A DNA stretch of 64,000 nucleotides from Takakia lepidozioides. Its lineage: Eukaryota > Plantae > Bryophyta. The translations under genes and the position numbers were made by a program. The stretch lies in assembly GCA_030704615.1 (NCBI GenBank), contig CM060733.1:46934001-46998000 (forward strand), written 5' to 3'. The notes under the pieces were generated by a model. That model was not told the origin of the DNA. It did no database searches and worked only from the letters and a program-made list of their open reading frames with translations. Shown piece by piece: positions 61,704 to 64,000 of this stretch (its first letter is position 1; each line of letters starts with the position of its first letter).

Positions 61704-62335
61704 GTGGTAGTGTAGAAGAAACGCTCTAGTGCAGGCTATGGTGAAAGCGAAGAGGGTCGCTGCAGCTCACCCAGCAAGATGATGGCTGGATCATCAGGAA
61801 TCCGAAGCCACAGCGCAAGCGATCTGGAAGGGGTTTAGAAGCAGAAGGAGCTTCAATTCTTTTGCAGGATTTGGCGGTAAGGAACATGCACAACATTGGA
61901 GATCGTGCTTTATCCGTGCAACATGTTTCGTTTGTCGTTAAACTGTAATGGCCTTCCAGAGGCAAGCGCGGAGTGTAAGGTACGCTGAACTTTCATACTC
62001 CCGTCTTCTTTGACGACCTCAGCAATCCAATGAGCTCTAGTTTGAATCGACCAGAATGAGGAGGAATTTTTGTTGAAATGTGTGGAAAAGCTTGAAAGAA
62101 GGAGTATGTAGGGAATAACAGATTTACAGGGATTTGTGCTATCGTGATATTTTCGATGCGTACTTGTTTTGTGTTACTGAAAAATTTGTACCGTCGGTTC
62201 GAATTGTGATGCAGGGTGGTGGGATTTCAACTCTGGATCCGGAGCAACTTATTTGTTCGGTACCAACATTTTGGCGAGGGTGTGGGTCGTTGGCAGGCTA
62301 CCATCGACCTTGCTCCTAATGTAGGGTTAAGAACA

Positions 62336-64000
62336 ATGCGGAAGGACGGACTCAACAGGGACTCTTTTGACACCGGTGGGGTTGTGAGCAGGCTGTGTAA
62401 GGATGGAGAATTGAAGGAAGCAGTACGTATTTTGGATCAGATGGTGCATCGAGGGTTTGGCGCGTATTCTGCGACCTGCGCTTGCCTCTTGGACAGATGT
62501 GCTAAGACGAAAGCTCTGGCAGATGGCAAAGGGCTCCACGCCCACATCATTGAAAGTGGATTCGAGCCAGACATCTTCCTAGGGAATGCCCTTGTCAGCA
62601 TGTATGTGAAGTGCAGGGATGTTGAGGATGCGCGGCAAGTGTTTGACAACATGCCTGAACGGAATGTGGTCTCATGGACTGCCATGATTGCAGGACTTGC
62701 TCAGGACGGGCATGGTTCACATGCATTTGAACTATTCCGGCAAATGGAACAAGAAGGAGTGAAGCCTGACAAGGTCACTTTTATTAGCATCATCACGGCA
62801 TGTGCCAACCCGGCTGCCCTGGAAGAAGGCAAGCAGCTCCATGCAAGCATTGTTAGAGCTGGGTTTGAGTCAGATGTTCGATTGGGGACTGCCCTGGTAG
62901 GCATGTACTGCAAATGTGGGAGTGTAGTGGATGCGCGGCGAGTGTTTTCGCAAATGCCGGAACGAAATGCAGTGTCCTGGACTGTCATGATTGCAGGACT
63001 TGCTCAGGAAGGGCATGGTGCAGAGGCACTGGAACTCTTCCAGCAAATGCAACGAGAAGGCATGAAGCCTGACAAGGTCAGTTTTATTAGCATCCTCAAC
63101 GCATGTGCCAGTCTAGCACTGCTGAAAGAGGGCAAGTGGGTCCATGCCCACATTATAGAATCTGGATTTGAGTCAGATGTCCGAGTGGGGAATGCCCTTG
63201 TCAGCATGTATGTGAAGTGCAAGAGTTTGATGGATGCGCGCCAAGTGTTTGAGAAAATGCCTGATCGAGATGTGGTCTCCTGGACTGCAATGATTGCAGG
63301 ATTAGCTCAGCATGGACATGGAGAAGAGGCTAATGAACTCTTTCAGCAAATGCAAGGAGAAGGGGTGAAGCCAAACAAGATCACGTTCATGAGCATTCTT
63401 AGGGCGTGTGCAAGCCCAGCGGATCTGGAACAGGGGAACCTGCTCCGTGAGGGCATCATCAAAGCTGGATTTGAATCAGATGTCCGAGTGGCAACTGCTC
63501 TTGTCAGCATGTATTGCAAGTGCGGAAGTTTGATGGATGCCCGCCAAGTGTTTGACAAGATGCAGAAGCGAGATATTATCTCATGGAATGTGATGATTGC
63601 AGGAAATGCCCAGCATGGTCACCATGAAGAAGCTTTGGATTTGTTCCAGCTAATGCAAGGAGAAGGCATGAAGCCAGACAAGGTTAGCTTTATTAGCATC
63701 CTCACAGCATGTGCTAGCCCAGCTGCTCTGCAACAAGGCAAGAGGCTCCACGTGAGCATCATCAAAGCTGGATATGAGTCAGACGTCCGAGTGGGAACTG
63801 CCCTTGTGAGCATGTATTGCAAATGTGGGAGTGTGATTGATGGGCGTCGAGTTCTTTACAAAATTTCTAATCGAAATGTGATCTCATGGAATGCGATCAT
63901 TGCAGGATCTGCTCAGCAGGGTCATGGTGATGAGGCTTTTGAATTTTTTCGGCAGATGAAAAGAGAAGGGCTCAAGGCTGACAAGGTCACTTTTATGAGC
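62336..64000 (+). CDS. PLS-class pentatricopeptide repeat protein (probable organellar RNA-editing factor), cut by the window end
   Basis: Open frame from 62210 to the window end, first ATG at 62336. About five L-S-P triplets with a 303-nt period (ESDVRVGNALVSMYVKC, RDVVSWTAMIAG, KPDKVTFISIL). E/DYW domains lie beyond the window if present. Confidence 0.93.
   Translation, partial: MRKDGLNRDSFDTGGVVSRLCKDGELKEAVRILDQMVHRGFGAYSATCACLLDRCAKTKALADGKGLHAHIIESGFEPDIFLGNALVSMYVKCRDVEDARQVFDNMPERNVVSWTAMIAGLAQDGHGSHAFELFRQMEQEGVKPDKVTFISIITACANPAALEEGKQLHASIVRAGFESDVRLGTALVGMYCKCGSVVDARRVFSQMPERNAVSWTVMIAGLAQEGHGAEALELFQQMQREGMKPDKVSFISILNACASLALLKEGKWVHAHIIESGFESDVRVGNALVSMYVKCKSLMDARQVFEKMPDRDVVSWTAMIAGLAQHGHGEEANELFQQMQGEGVKPNKITFMSILRACASPADLEQGNLLREGIIKAGFESDVRVATALVSMYCKCGSLMDARQVFDKMQKRDIISWNVMIAGNAQHGHHEEALDLFQLMQGEGMKPDKVSFISILTACASPAALQQGKRLHVSIIKAGYESDVRVGTALVSMYCKCGSVIDGRRVLYKISNRNVISWNAIIAGSAQQGHGDEAFEFFRQMKREGLKADKVTFMS

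Overview
Nuclear DNA of a eukaryote, most likely a non-seed land plant (probably a bryophyte). This is inferred from very regular PLS-PPR repeats and a cpSRP54 that keeps its RNA-binding motifs. Seven protein genes are supported: a PHD-type zinc-finger protein (-), an NADP(H)-binding F420/Fno-like oxidoreductase (-), chloroplast SRP54 (+, 15 exons), a TIME FOR COFFEE-like Q-rich protein (+, 16 exons), RPL10a/uL1 (-), V-ATPase subunit C (-) and a PLS-class PPR gene that runs off the right end. Intergenic DNA holds varied mobile-element remains: a CRE-type RLE LINE fragment, a Ty3/gypsy 3' end whose integrase ends in a PHD finger, an RNase H + RLE (Dualen/RandI-like) LINE fragment, a Helentron-like helicase-endonuclease fragment, hAT-type MITEs, tRNA-headed SINE-like repeats and several gene fragments. 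The strongest new observation is a covarying three-way-junction RNA motif with an AGUA/GAA loop-E module. It is shared by the 3' end of the Dualen-like LINE, two SINE-like repeats and a 75-bp retrocopy with a 16-bp TSD, and suggests an undescribed LINE-SINE partnership. All exon models and alignments were read by eye; no database searches were run.
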